The notes: a model not told the origin generated them from the sequence alone. A stretch of 63,577 nt of DNA, filler included, from Pelomyxa schiedti (GCA_020536535.1; 3 parts of 3 records of this genome joined end to end with filler, not necessarily neighbours in it), one strand, 5' to 3'; numbered from the whole stretch's first letter, positions 23,374 through 35,988 are shown. Numbers and translations are program-made.

Positions 23374-26300
23374 ATGAGTAGGGACGTAGTGCACGATCTC
23401 ATTATTTACAACGCGAGGGTGTGGACAGGGGACCGCTTGGTGCCGAGTGCGTGGGCAGTTGGTGTGCGTGAAAGCCGGATCTCAGCTCTATGGGAAGATC
23501 CCGACGTCACTTGGGTGTGCGGTCCAAACGCCGTAACTACGACTGTTACGAGCACAGTTGCGGCCGGTGCGGGTGCTTCGCGGCGCGGTGAGTTTGTCGA
23601 GGAATTGAAGAAAAGAGCGTGGTTTACAGTGGACGCGTGTGGTGGCACTTTGATGCCGGGGTTTAATGACACACACGTGCACTACGAGCCACCTTCGTTT
23701 GTTCTACCTTGGACTGACGCCGCTGGAATTCGTGATCGCCAACAACTTAGTATGCTTTTTTTTCCCGCTTCCCTCCGAGTTTTGGCGACGCTTCCTCTTT
23801 GCCATAGTAAGTCTCTTTTCTCATTTTTCCAGGTGAATTGGCTCATACCGTGGCCGAGGAATCTGATTTTGGAACTGGTTGGATTGTTCTTCGAAATGTA
23901 CCTCACGATGTGGCCCCCACATCTCTCGCGGAAATTGACTCGTTTCTTCCCTCTACAAGGATTCCTTTGGTTCTTGTTTTCCAGAACGAACAGTTGAGCT
24001 TCCTTGGCTAGAAATACATTATCTCTCTCTCACACAAGTTTTACTTAGTTGTGGAATGGCCAACACAGCTGCACTCAGATGTGCGAAACTGCTTGGTCGA
24101 GGTTTTCCTCTTGAACTCCGTGGTGCGGCACTCGATGCTATACTTGCCTGTGTTGTAGATCCCCCGGCATCTCTTCTACGTCAATTCGCGAAATTAGGAA
24201 TCACTTCCATCCAGCTAATGGGCCACTCTTCAGAGAAGACTGCAATAATGGCGTCAATGGCTGATCAGGGACGAATACCACTGAGGATTGCAGTTGCCTT
24301 GGATAAAACTTCATTTGTATCTGGGGCACACAATTCTCTGCCTCGCAGTGCAGATGCTCGAGTCAGAGTTATGGCTCTGAAATTATATGCTGATCATCTC
24401 GTTGATGGAGACACTGCATGGAGATTGCCTTACTTTGGTCCTAGTGTTGTAGAAACCTGGGGGGCACACACCCTTGCCTATGATGCCGGTGTGGGTGGGA
24501 TTGGAGGAAGTAAATTCTCAGATGTTGATACGGAACATAAAGATGTGTCAACGAAAGCAAAGCACGCTTTTTACTCTGTGGACGAATTGACCACATGGAT
24601 AGAACGGGCAGAAGCAGCAGGCCTTCAGGTGTGCATCCATGCAACTGGAGATGGGGCAGTACGTGGTATATTAGATGCTGTAGAGACAGTGACAAAGAAG
24701 AAAAGAAACCAACTTCCATCACTGTGTAGACATCGTATTGAGCACGCTGAGTTAATTCACCCTGAAGATGTTCCACGCTTCGGTTCCATTGGAGTTCTTG
24801 CCTCCATGTCCCCGCTGCACGCTCCCTCCCAATACTGGAACAGTGATTGCGGATACCTAAAACATGTACACCCAGGACTTTGGGATACCCGCGGATTTGT
24901 GTGGCAGAATTTAATTCAAACAAACGGCAGAGTTCCATTGAGCACTGACTATCCCGTTGTTCAAGCAAATCCTCTGTGCACAGTGCACGCTGCAATTTCT
25001 AGGGTACCATATATCAAAGGGGGGCCGTCTCAGGCTTTCACTCTGGAAAACGCGTTGAAGGGGTACACAGCAGAACCAGCCTATGCGGAATTTCAAGAAA
25101 CTCGGAAAGGAACTTTGACCGAAGGGATGCTAGCTGATTTTACCTTGCTATCAACTGATATCTTGGCTTTTCGAAACGATAGGGAACAAGCTATGGCTGC
25201 CCTACTAAAATCCGTGGTAAATATGACAGTATGTGATGGACACATTACTTTCTTGTCTCCCTCGATTGAGCTTCAAGCACTGGTGATTGTTCCTCCAGCA
25301 CCTGTGCCACCTCGCCCTCGCGCCAGGCTTTCAAATCCTTCCCATCCTTCTGTGGAATTTAGAGTTCGCAATGCTACCACTCCTGCTGATATCCGTACAA
25401 TCGCATTAGTTATGGCGAAGGCAGCACTGTGCAACCCTGGTTTGAATGACTGGAATGCATTCGGGTGTGTAGATCCAGCAGGGTGGTACATTGGCGAACT
25501 GGTGAAACCACAATCAACTGTAGCACCCAGTATGGTGGCTTGCATCGGGGCAATGGTGTGGACAGAGTCATATGCTTATATTGGGCATGATCACTGCAGT
25601 AGACATCACCAAGGAAAGGGGTACGAAGCCCTAATGTGGCATACTGGAATGAGCCATATCCTTGACCGATGCAATAATTCCAACGCCTGTGTTGCTACTG
25701 ATATCGATCCTGAAGAAGAGGCCGAATTGCATTATCTGGGATTTAAACCCAGCTATAGGAGCACAAGGTTAGTTGCCTCCCTGCAGTCTCCAAGGATTGT
25801 ACCTGAAATTGTTGTGCTAAAGCACCCCACCACGGAGGCCGACACAGAAGTCGTAGCCAATTATACAGCAACACTAAACTCTATGGCCGAACTCTTTGTA
25901 GAATACACGGGAGTGAACAGACCCGATTTTGCGAAAGCCTGGTTCACGCAACCTAGTGCTTTTACTTGTGCCTATAGATCACCTACAACTGGCAAACTAC
26001 TGAGTGTTGGTGTACTTAGGCCTTCAGCAGGTGGTTATCGTGTTGGTCCCCTGTTTGTCTGCCGAAATACCTTGGAATTGCATACTGAGGCAGCTGCACA
26101 ATGCGTGCTACACCATACCATCCAGGCCCTTGCTACATTTGCCATTGCTCCAAAACCAAAACCCAAGGTACTTATACCAGAAAGTGAGCCAAGTTCCGCG
26201 GCAGTGACTTCAGTGAACGTTACATCGGCTCTTGCCATAGACGTTCCAGACACCAACTCGTGGGCATTCAGAGAACTTACCAACATGGGATTTGCCCAAA

Positions 26301-26392
26301 TGTGGGTTTCGTTACGAATGACAACAACCACATTCACAGGAGCCAACCTGGATTGCACTTGTGGCCTCGTTTCTTGGGAAGTTGGACCTTGA
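23374..26392 (+). CDS. YtcJ-like metal-dependent amidohydrolase (Amidohydro_3) fused to a YitH-like GNAT acetyltransferase, 3 exons
   Basis: DACGGTLMPGFNDTHVH, IHATGD, RHRIEHAE, STDYPV, KGTLTEGMLADF; C-terminal DPAGWYIG..AYIG..QGKGY..YRVGPL..IDVPDTN..WEVG; first intron donor at 23750. Confidence 0.85.
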
Positions 26393-26449
26393 AATAAAGG
26401 GATAGTGCAAAATAGTTTTATGCAGAAAAACAAGAGATTTCTTTTCTTT

Positions 26450-27921
26450 CTATACATCGCCTTCCTCCACACAAAACAATTGCTCCCATATCCCGACACA
26501 ACACACCTCTGGGGTACAAATGGCACGGAACATCCCTTTGCTGTTGTATGCAACACATGCACTTTGTGATAGGGCGGCGGTGACAGCAATAACACCACCA
26601 CAACCGGGAGGAAGTTGAGTCACGGCCATTTTGCATGCATCCTCCAGTGTCCTTCCGCCGTATCTATGTAGAGTGAGTGGTTTTTCCCACACAAATTTAC
26701 TTCATTGCGTGACTTACTGCATAATAGCAGAAACTTCATGTGCAGTGCATCGTCGCTGAAATTCTTCACCATTTCCGGTTCCTTCAAGTAGTTAAATTTA
26801 CAGTCGTGAACTGAAGGAAAAATAACACCAACTAACCGGAAATAGCACAGGTAGCATTATTGGCATAAGTGCCAGCACCCACAATAGGTGTGTCACCCAT
26901 TCTTCCACACATCTTATTTGTCCTGCCTCCTGTAGATGTTGCGGCTGCTACATTGCCATCCAACATGACCACACATCCTACTGTATTACCACCGTCAGTT
27001 TTATTGATGGAACCTGGTATTCAACTTAGAAATGAGTGCGGAGATGCAAGAAGTACGTACTTCCTTCATGACAACCGTTAAGAAAGGAAGATAATCTGGG
27101 CATGGGAAGGGACAAATTATCTACGTGCAGAAGGTAAGGTTTCAGAGGCTTTGGCACAGTTGCGTGATCTTGAGTAACCATTTTTGCTGCCAGTGCTGAC
27201 TGCAACTGGGCACGCCGCACATCAGTTGAGAAATAAGACTGTTCCACAATTTCAAGGTTATGTTCGGCAGCCAGCCGCCTTCATTGATCGCAAATCAATA
27301 CAGCGCAGAGAAAGTGTGTAAGGCGGCCATACTCTGCTGCTGGACCTGCTATGATGGCGTGATCAGTCTTGTCCATAACGAGCCTGGCGGCGGCAATAGG
27401 GTTTTTCACGCACTTCAGCAGGGATGCTGCTCCAGTGGCCAAATTTCTTCCGTCCATGATGCAGGCCTCCAGTTCGTGAATCCCATCATGATTGAACACA
27501 GCTCCCCTCCCAGCATTGAATAATTCGCAATCCTCAAGCATCATTACCTGTACCGAATTCAACAAACCAAAAGCCCAAAGCAATAGTAGCTTAAAATAAT
27601 GATATGGTTTGTTTATCTATCACCATGGCTTTAAAGGGAAAAAAAAAAAAAACAAGGCCTCTCGGGACGACAAGAGAGACTACATACGGCGGCTTGGGCC
27701 ACGTCCACTGCCGTAGCAGCCTTATGGGACACCATCAAGTCACGACAGCGCAGCACGATGCGAGCCAGGGCGCGCATGTAACAGCACACCACGTCGGGGG
27801 GCAGCTTCTTGCTGATGACACCAGCACCCCCATGCAGTGCAAGTGAAAACACACGGCGCTGCGGCCCCTGCGAATCCGTGTGGAGCCTGCCTCCCGTCCC
27901 CGAGGTCACGGCATCAGCCAT
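26450..27921 (-). CDS. Isoaspartyl peptidase/L-asparaginase (Ntn hydrolase, IaaA/ASRGL1 family)
   Basis: [37 protein letters not shown] (nucleophile Thr), [33 protein letters not shown]. Confidence 0.93.
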
Positions 27922-28118
27922 GGTGGGATGATAAGAGAAATGAAAGGGCTCCGGCGTGTCCAATAATTAAATCTTAAAAACTCCAGACTTAAAGGGAGGT
28001 TGCGATCCCAGTCCGTGCTCTGTGCCATTGCACCAAGGCACAAAAATGGGGCCAGAAATAACGAACAAAAAAGTGCCGGCCATGTAGAGTGAACGACGGG
28101 TGGAGGTACCACTTGAGG

Positions 28119-28614
28119 TTACAGTAGGGACATCCCCACAGAGGCCCCAGGGTCACATGGCATAAGCTGCACGAGCTGAGATGTCATGCTACTGACACTC
28201 CAAATGGCAGTCACATCAGATTTAGCCACAACCCGCCCTGCAGCCCTCACGTCCCCACCGCACTTGGCCACAATCCCCCCGATCGTAGCGGCAGAAGCCT
28301 GATACACAACGCCGCTTACAGGCACCCACTGATTATGGGCGCCCCCCCTGGCCCGCCTCCACACCAGCACCACGACGCCGGCGTGGGCCTCGGGCACCAG
28401 GGACGGCCGCAGCGCCGCCCAGGCCTCGGCGCCCAGCTCCATCTGCACGTTGCCCTTGCCCAGGGTGGCCCCCGTGGTGACCTGCAGCCCGTCGACGGCG
28501 CACGAGAGCGGGGCCCGGGGCCGCCCGCCCCCGTCGGGTCCCGCCGTGGCGGGGCACACGCAGGCCACGTGGACGTGGAACGCGCTGGCTTGCGGTGGGG
28601 AGCAGGAGGAGGAG

Positions 28615-28649
<35 letters not shown>

Positions 28650-28823
28650 GGGCTCGGTGTCGGGGCAGCGGAGCCTGGTGAGGGAGTCTAGGCCGGCTAG
28701 GCCACCGGCTGCGACCCAGGGGCCCAGGTGCCCGTGGAATCTGGCACAATCGGCCATCCACTTGGGGTCATCGGCTGTGGGCTCGTAAGCAGTAAGGTCG
28801 TGTGCCCCTTGTGAGGCCATCAT
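28119..28823 (-). CDS. FmdE (formylmethanofuran dehydrogenase subunit E)-like domain protein, intronless
   Basis: ARFHGHLGP..G and SCAVDGLQVTTGATLGKGN, the FmdE signature with His-x-His/Cys metal ligands; poly-Ser insert. Confidence 0.85.
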
Positions 28824-28916
28824 CAATCCGAAAATATTCCCGACGTGGAGTTTCCCATAATTGAACGGTGCTCGAGAGAAATGAGCAGGGGATAACAACA
28901 AGCGCCACCAGTTCCA

Positions 28917-28985
28917 GTTTCAGTGATGAACATTTTATAGATATCCATAGTAAGATGACCCGTGGCTACAACTTATGACTGAGTT
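28917..28985 (+). ncRNA. Candidate box C/D snoRNA
   Basis: Box C GTGATGA 28923-28929, internal C'-like AGATGA, box D CTGA 28979-28982 followed by a T run; TCCCATAA at 28853-28860 with U1-like spacing; intergenic. Confidence 0.55.
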
Positions 28986-29244
28986 TTTTTTTCCCCTGGA
29001 AGCTTTTTTACTACCCGGAGGACAAGGCAACAGTGTTTGCTTTCTTTCTGATCATCACTGTGGACAAAAGCCGAATTACTGTGAACTTCAGTTCGGCGAT
29101 TAGCGCGAGCCGGGAAGAAAGCTAGTAAAAAGAAAACAAAATCAATATTGATACGACACGCGTGGTTGGCTTTGAACGGAACGTAACGCAGATCCGTACA
29201 TAAAAAGCCGCGCTTTATTGTGTGTGGGACGGTCCTAGGACAAC

Positions 29245-31924
29245 ATGGCATCATCGACGTCTGCCGTGGCCACGTCGTCGCTCGTTGGGCGATTTCAGGC
29301 GCCCTTGATTCGGTGGTGCAACGACATTCTCAAGAACTTGCCTAAGCCCGTGGAAATCACTGACCTGAGTGACTTGGGTGTGCTTTTTGTTGTTGTTGCT
29401 GTTTTTTTTGAAATCCTAGCTTTGTTTGTTTGTTATAACCTCTTGGAAAGGAACGGACGGCTGCTCGTTGATAAGCCTAACTGAGGTGCTATCTGGAAAG
29501 CCCTTAAAGCACAGCAAAATCAATGCGAATGCTTTTGCCAAGTCAGAGAACGTTCATACTGTAATCAAATTCTTGACTTCTGAGAACGTACAGGTTTTAC
29601 GTTGCTCTGAATCTCCAAACTTACATTCGTTTGACTTTTATTAGTGCTAACTTTGCTACTGGGCCTTCAATTTGGTCCATTTGATAGGTAAATAATGTTA
29701 TTTCCACAGACATCGTCAAAGGAGACAGGAAACATATCTTTATCGTTGTGAGTGCACTTGTCTTCAGGTTTGCAATCCTATATTTTAATCGTTTTCAAGC
29801 CTATTTTCCCACTCTAGATACCAGATTGGTGCTCAAACTGAATCCCGCCATGGTCGTCGGGCTTCTGCCATGGCTGCATCTTGCAGTAGTTCTTTAGCCA
29901 TTACTGATTTGCCACACCGTTCTTTGTCACCAACTCCTGAAGCAAGCTTTGTGCAAGAAGCCCCTAACCTACTATTTAAATCCAAGTCCTTACTGCTTCA
30001 GTGGGTGCAACTTCGCCTGACACCATTGGGAATCCGGAATTTTACCACAGGTCTTCTAATGTGATTTCATACATCACCAATGATATTTTTTTAGATTGGA
30101 CTAGTGGAATAGCCCTTTGTGGCCTTGTTGGTACTTTATGTTCAATTAACATTTTGCTTTCTGAATTGGAAAAAAACAGAATTCCTCTGCCCAGGAACTT
30201 TTCCAAATTATCTGGGAATGGATGTGGACAACCCTTTACGGAATCTCAGAGCAGCAATTGACGCAGCTCATGTCCACCTGGTTTTCTCCTCTCTGTGGTT
30301 CCTTCCAAATTTTGAATGTTATTTTCAGCAAGTTCCAAAAATTATTGAGCCTGAAGAATTTTCACAGGTCGATGGTATGGGACCTTCATGATACGCTTAA
30401 TTGTAATTTGCCAGTAGACTCCAAAATCTTAATTTTGTTCACTAATAGAAGTCTGTGTAATGTGCTATGTCTCGTACTTCAGGAACATTGATATCAAACG
30501 TGCTGGAATAACAATTTCTTCCCCAACCCCTGACCACCAAGAGCTGCCAATGGGAGACCCAAACACATCTCAAAGCTCCAAATGGGGTGCTTTAAGGGCT
30601 CAAACAAAGCAAGCTTCATTTCTTACTATCAATCGTCATTTGCAGATCAATCGGCAGCAAGAGGAAGCTCTAATGGAGAGATTAAAAGCTACAGAACAAA
30701 CTATTGCTCAACTATCGGAGGGTGGTGTTGGAGATCCAGCTGTACATATGGATAGTGCACAAAAGGCTGCCAAGTTGGATGAGCTGAAAAAAACTTTGAC
30801 AGCCATAAGAGGAGAGCTTGTTGTTCTTAGAGGCAGTGCATCCCTGCAGAACTGGAACTTGGTTGCAAAAGAAGTAACCCGTGATATCCCTGTGAAATCA
30901 CAGTCCCCAAGCGTGTTCTTGCATGAACCCACAAAAAAAATCGAGACCCCACAAGAAAAAGAATGCACAAGTGAAGAATCTCACTCCAAGCCCAGCAGTC
31001 CACTCCAGGAACCCTCAAATATCAACTCCCCAGAGCCAACACAGAGATCCCCACAGGGACAACCTAGTCAACTTGAAGAAGATTTGGCAAAGTGCATACA
31101 GAAGTATAAGAGACTTAAGCAAAGGAGGGCACAGGAGCAACGTGTAACTGATGCACTTAAAGAAAATCAGCTGCAACAACTGGCTGACCTGAAGAAGGAG
31201 CTTGCAGTAAAGCAAAGCCAATTTGAACTCATTTGTAAAGAAAAAGACACCACAAACGAACAAGTTAAAACGCTCCAGGATGAGCGAGAAAAGCAAAACA
31301 CAGCCCTTCTCCAAGCTACCCAACAAGCCCAAGATGCATTAAATGATGCTGAGCACCTTCGAGATCTCATCAAGGTAATGGAGGGGAAACTTTTGACGAC
31401 AGAGGAAGAAAAGACTAACATGGAGAAGCAACTGAGGGAGTTACGGGAAACTTTGGAGAAAAGCATCCAACTAGAGCACACAAGGGAGAGTGAGCTTCAG
31501 GAAGCAAGAGGCTTTTTGGCTTTGGAATGTGAAAAAGAGCAGATACTGCACAAACAACTAAAGGAGGAAGAGGACCGGCACACACAGCAATGTGAAGAAT
31601 TTCATAAACAGTTTCTTGTACAAGGAAGTGAAGCTGAACATTTGAATACCCAACTTTCTCAATCTGAAAAGCAATTTCGTGAACTTTCCTGCTCTTCACA
31701 GAAAATGCAACTGCAAATGGCGCAAACACAGAAGTCTGAAATGGAGCTGAAAGATCTGTTACACTCTATGACGGAAGAAAGGAAGTCCGCAGAGTACCAG
31801 CTACAAATGCTCACAACTCAAGTTCATGATTTGGGTTTGCATGCGCACCAGCAGGAAGAAGAGCTGAATCTGGTGCGGGAGCAACTCTTAAAATCGCAGA
31901 TGGAATTGCAGCAGGGCAAGAGCG
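29245..31924 (+). CDS. Tandem calponin-homology actin-binding protein with long coiled coil, 3' truncated at contig end
   Basis: LIRWCNDIL..ITDLSDL.DGCSLISLTEVLSGK; LLLQWVQ..IRNFT.DWTSGIALCGLV..NLRAAIDAA..VPKIIEPEE..VMCYVSYF; E/Q/K-rich heptads. Confidence 0.8.
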
Positions 31925-32024
31925 NNNNNNNNNNNNNNNNNNNNNNNNNNNNNNNNNNNNNNNNNNNNTTAATTAATTAANNNNNNNNNNNNNNNNNNNN
32001 NNNNNNNNNNNNNNNNNNNNNNNN
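31925..32024. other. Artificial contig linker (N-TTAATTAATTAA-N)
   Basis: All-frame stop linker embedded in Ns; genes on either side need not be true neighbours. Confidence 0.9.
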
Positions 32025-32029
32025 CGAAT

Positions 32030-32103
32030 TGTGTTCTGTGCTGGCCATTTATAGGCTGGGGAACACTGTGTTCTATGCTGGCCATTTATAGGCTGGGGAA
32101 CAC
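32030..32103. repeat. 37-nt tandem repeat x2 at contig end, with a partial third copy near 32149
   Basis: TGTGTTCTRTGCTGGCCATTTATAGGCTGGGGAACAC occurs twice. Confidence 0.7.
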
Positions 32104-32406
32104 AATTCCTTGTGTGGAGTACAGTAGTGTCTGGGAGTTGTTTGTGGTGGCCATTTATATAGGCTCGGTATGTATGGGGCAAATTGGCTGGACACACATC
32201 ATCGTGGTGTGGCTCCGTACGCACAAGCGAATGTGAACCCCAAGTTGGCGTGCGTGTTTTATGCCGTTACGGTTTTCAATTCCAAAGAAATTCCTGGAGG
32301 TTACAGTAAGTAAATGTAAATGTGTTGGGTGACGTAACAGCAGCCGCAACAAACCCACCCACCCGGCCATTGGGTGGACAACTTCTAGCCGTTCAGTTCT
32401 TGTCTC

Positions 32407-35400
32407 TCATGCAGAATCACGTCTCCGCAAAAGAGGTTGTGTTCTTAGGTTACAACAAAAATGAACTGGTATCCAATAAATCAATTCTTTTGTTTACCGT
32501 CTGTACTGTATTTTCGAGTGGGTGCACCACTTGAGAAGTACTAGAATCACAGTAATGCCAATCAGGGAGCGGAGGACAAAGGAGCCAACTGAGCTGAATG
32601 ATCCTGCTTCCTTGAGGAACAGTGCAAAATTGGCATCATTGCCCATAATGTTGTTGACAATGGCCTCGGTCGTTTGGGGTGATGCACCGCGGGCTGCAAG
32701 CTTCCGGGTCAGAAGGTTCTTTACATCCTTGGCAAAGGAATTCTGTGGTGGAGTTTAGGTACTTTTGATTTTTTTTGTTTGATTGTTGTATTTTTTTTTT
32801 TTTCTATGTGTTACGGGAAATTACCTGGAACCAGTAGTGCGGCTTTTGCTCATTCATTTCGAAAATAACGGCGCCTACAACGGCTGCTTGTTGCTTTGTT
32901 AGTATTTCGGTGTTCTTCTTGCGCAAATCCTCAGAAGCCTTCTCCAGGGCAAACTCTAGTTTTGCTCTTTCTGTTCGCGAAAGTGACTCAGAGAGGGAGT
33001 GAACGGATGCCGAGCCATAGTCCTTCATGGAGCTGTGTCGTAGAGACCTCATATCAAGGTCAAGTGCTTCCGTGTCGCAAGGCAGGTCAATGGATCCCAG
33101 TTTACGTTCAAAACTGTCCAAGGCCGTTTCATATGCCCGGCTAAATCTCTCTTGGATGATCTCATTGTTGCGCCGTGTTATATCAAGCAAAGATTGTTCA
33201 AGACCTGCACTGAGTTGGGTCTTCCCTTCAACTACAATGCTTGATGGCACGAACTTGGTAGTGTTACTAATGAACTTTGACAAGCATTCCTGTTTGGCCT
33301 GTGTAAGCTCAGAAAAGAGCTTCTCTGTGTTCACGGGGAGTGGGTTATTCTGCAGGCTTGTCTTTGTTCGGAAACAGACATGAGCCTCAGACATACACTT
33401 CTTGACATAAGTCTCAAGAGTTTTGCTCCATAGTTCTGATAGCTCCTTTTCTTTGGTTATTTGTTCCATTCGGTGACTTTGGAGGAATGTAGAATGCCAG
33501 GCGGTTCCGCTAGCAACTTTTGATCTCTGGTTGAAGATATCTTCAGACTGGTCTTTGCATGTTTTTTGCAAAAGTGTGAAATCGTCATATGAAATGGGTG
33601 GTGATGCATTCTCCACTAATTTTATGGCCCTATTGTAGGGCTCTACGGCAAGTGAAACTGCACTGGAAAGTTCGTTCTGAAGTTGTCTGTTATTTTCATG
33701 GATGTGCTCCCTCAACAAAGTATCAACTGCATTTTCGAGCTCCTTTTTAAGTCCTTTTACTATATTATCGTAGCCAGCAAGCATGCGCGAGAACGAGTTC
33801 ATTGTAGCTTCTTTTTCAGCAGTCTGTCTTGTGATGAGGTCTTTCTCAGACAAAGGAAGTGAAATTGCATTAAGAGTTGACTTCAAGTCGGAGGCATGCT
33901 TATCCTTAATTTGATGGCAGTACTCGTGAACTTTTTGGTTATAGGCGAGGCGACTATTCTACAGGCAGTTAAAAACAACCAAATGCAAGAGGATAAACCG
34001 ATGAAGCAGATTCGAGCTCCTTATGTAGAATTGGCAACTTGGCCTGGTACACATTATCCATTCCAAGAAGGTGAGTCTTGAAGAACACCTCCGTCCCCTC
34101 TTTAATACTGTTGAGTTGTTCGAAATATTCTCTCTGGAAAATTAAGTAATAGCTGGAAACAAAATAAAACCTCTGGCAGGGGTGGGTGTGTCTTCAGGAT
34201 ATTTCTGGATAAATCTTCGAAGTAATACTTTGATTCTCGGAGAGCCAAGTCAACTTGGTACAGTAAAAATCCTTCCCACACAGACGGTACCTGGTTTATT
34301 TCAGACTTCTTCTTAAGTGGGGAGCTCTACCTTTGGAAATGCTCCGCCATTTGCAGCATCAACAAGCATTCGCAGTAAGGCGACAAGTTCTGCTGGTTGC
34401 AAAAATTTCTTGTTGTTTGCTTTGGCTGGGGTCTTGTTTTTGACAATGGCTTTAAGGATCTTGAGGAAATTAAATCACTGAGATGAAATTAAATAACCAA
34501 ACCCACCTCCAAGTCTTTTTTGAACTCATCAGTAAGCTGATCTGAAGGAACAGAGTCCAGATGTCTTAATGTCTCCTTTGTTGTGGAGGGTAGGAACAAC
34601 GTGTGGCATTCTATAGAGGAAAACACCTAGTACAGTAATGAAATGATAAAACTAAAGGAGGAACTAACATTCTCAAGCGAATTTTCGATTGGACTCAGTG
34701 GAGAATTCGTTATTGCTTCAGTGGCATTTGACAGAGTGTACCTTTTTTTTTTATTTCCCCAACATTTCTCATCAACACATCTGGAAATTGAACTCATACC
34801 TGCTTCTGTCAATCAGTAATTGACTCAACCATGTTCCAGGTTCTGTATCCAACTCCTGAATGAAGTCCCTGACCAACCAGACTGGCACATGTTAGACTGA
34901 GAAATGGCAAAAGGATACATACTGAGATGGGGAAATGTTAAATAATCTGGGGTACTGTTGGATTTTTTCAAGGCAAAGAGTTGGGTTCTCCTGTTAGAAA
35001 TGTTAAACAGGGGAAAAAAAATCACAAGTTAAGAAAACCGGGAGAGTAGGTCAAGGTAATCAATCTGAGACTGATCTATTACTTTAATTGAATTGTATAT
35101 CATCAGTGATGACATCAATGTAGACACTGTAAACAGAACAAGGATTAGTCTTGACAGTGATGATCACAACCTGACTAACCAGCAAACAACTTAGCATCAT
35201 ACTCTTCAGTAGCACCTGTGCCAAAGAAACCCTCGGTATCAATCAAAATTACCTAAAGAGGAATTGGTTTTCGAACAATTAGAATACACAGAAGTACCGT
35301 TTTCCCATCCAACTTTTTCTCTGGGATATATGCCCACATTCCAAGCGTTTGTGGGGATACAGTGGGACCAATATCAAAACTTGCCTTGGAGCCAAACATC

Positions 35401-35758
35401 TCCACCAACTGATTCAATAAAAATGACTTGCCTGAGTGATATGGACCAACAACAGATATCACAGCAACTAAAGGAGAGAATGGTGCCCTTTTGTTAGGGA
35501 ATAATATATCTATCCATTTTTCAAGAACACGCTTACACGTAAACAGGAAAATGCAAGGTAAATATTAAAACAAAAACAAAAAAACAAAAACAAAAACAAA
35601 AACAAAAACAAAAAAAGGAAAGCCTGCCTCCAGCATCACAAGCAGACTGGCGAGCAATCATCCTCAGATTATCATCCAACACCTCGAGTGATGTATGGGC
35701 CGCATTTGGTCTAATAATTTGCACTGGCTTGGTCCACGCACCCACTGCTGCGCCCGCC

Positions 35759-35789
<31 letters not shown>

Positions 35790-35988
35790 TCATGGGGCCA
35801 ACGCCGACGTGGGCGACATCGCCGCTGGGGCTGGGACTGCTTGGTCTGGGGCCGGGTGTAGCCGCGGCGGCAGGGGCAGGGGCTAGGTTGATGAACTCAA
35901 TGTCCGGCGCCGCTCCCACCACCATCGACCAAGCTAGTGCAACCAACACAAGGGGCAGCCCACTCGCCGTGCGTCTCCGAGTACTCAT
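32407..35988 (-). CDS. Guanylate-binding protein/atlastin-like large GTPase with signal peptide and C-terminal TM
   Basis: ISVVGPYHSGKSFLLNQL, PQTLGMW, LIDTEGFFG, long helical domain, C-terminal hydrophobic segment, N-terminal hydrophobic leader. Confidence 0.85.

Noticed and set aside
31969-31980. Palindromic TTAATTAATTAA occurring twice (also near 49842)
   Set aside because: Synthetic all-frame stop linker between contigs.
32030-32165. 37-nt repeats of CRISPR-like length
   Set aside because: Tandem with no spacers, only two full copies, no cas genes, eukaryotic context.
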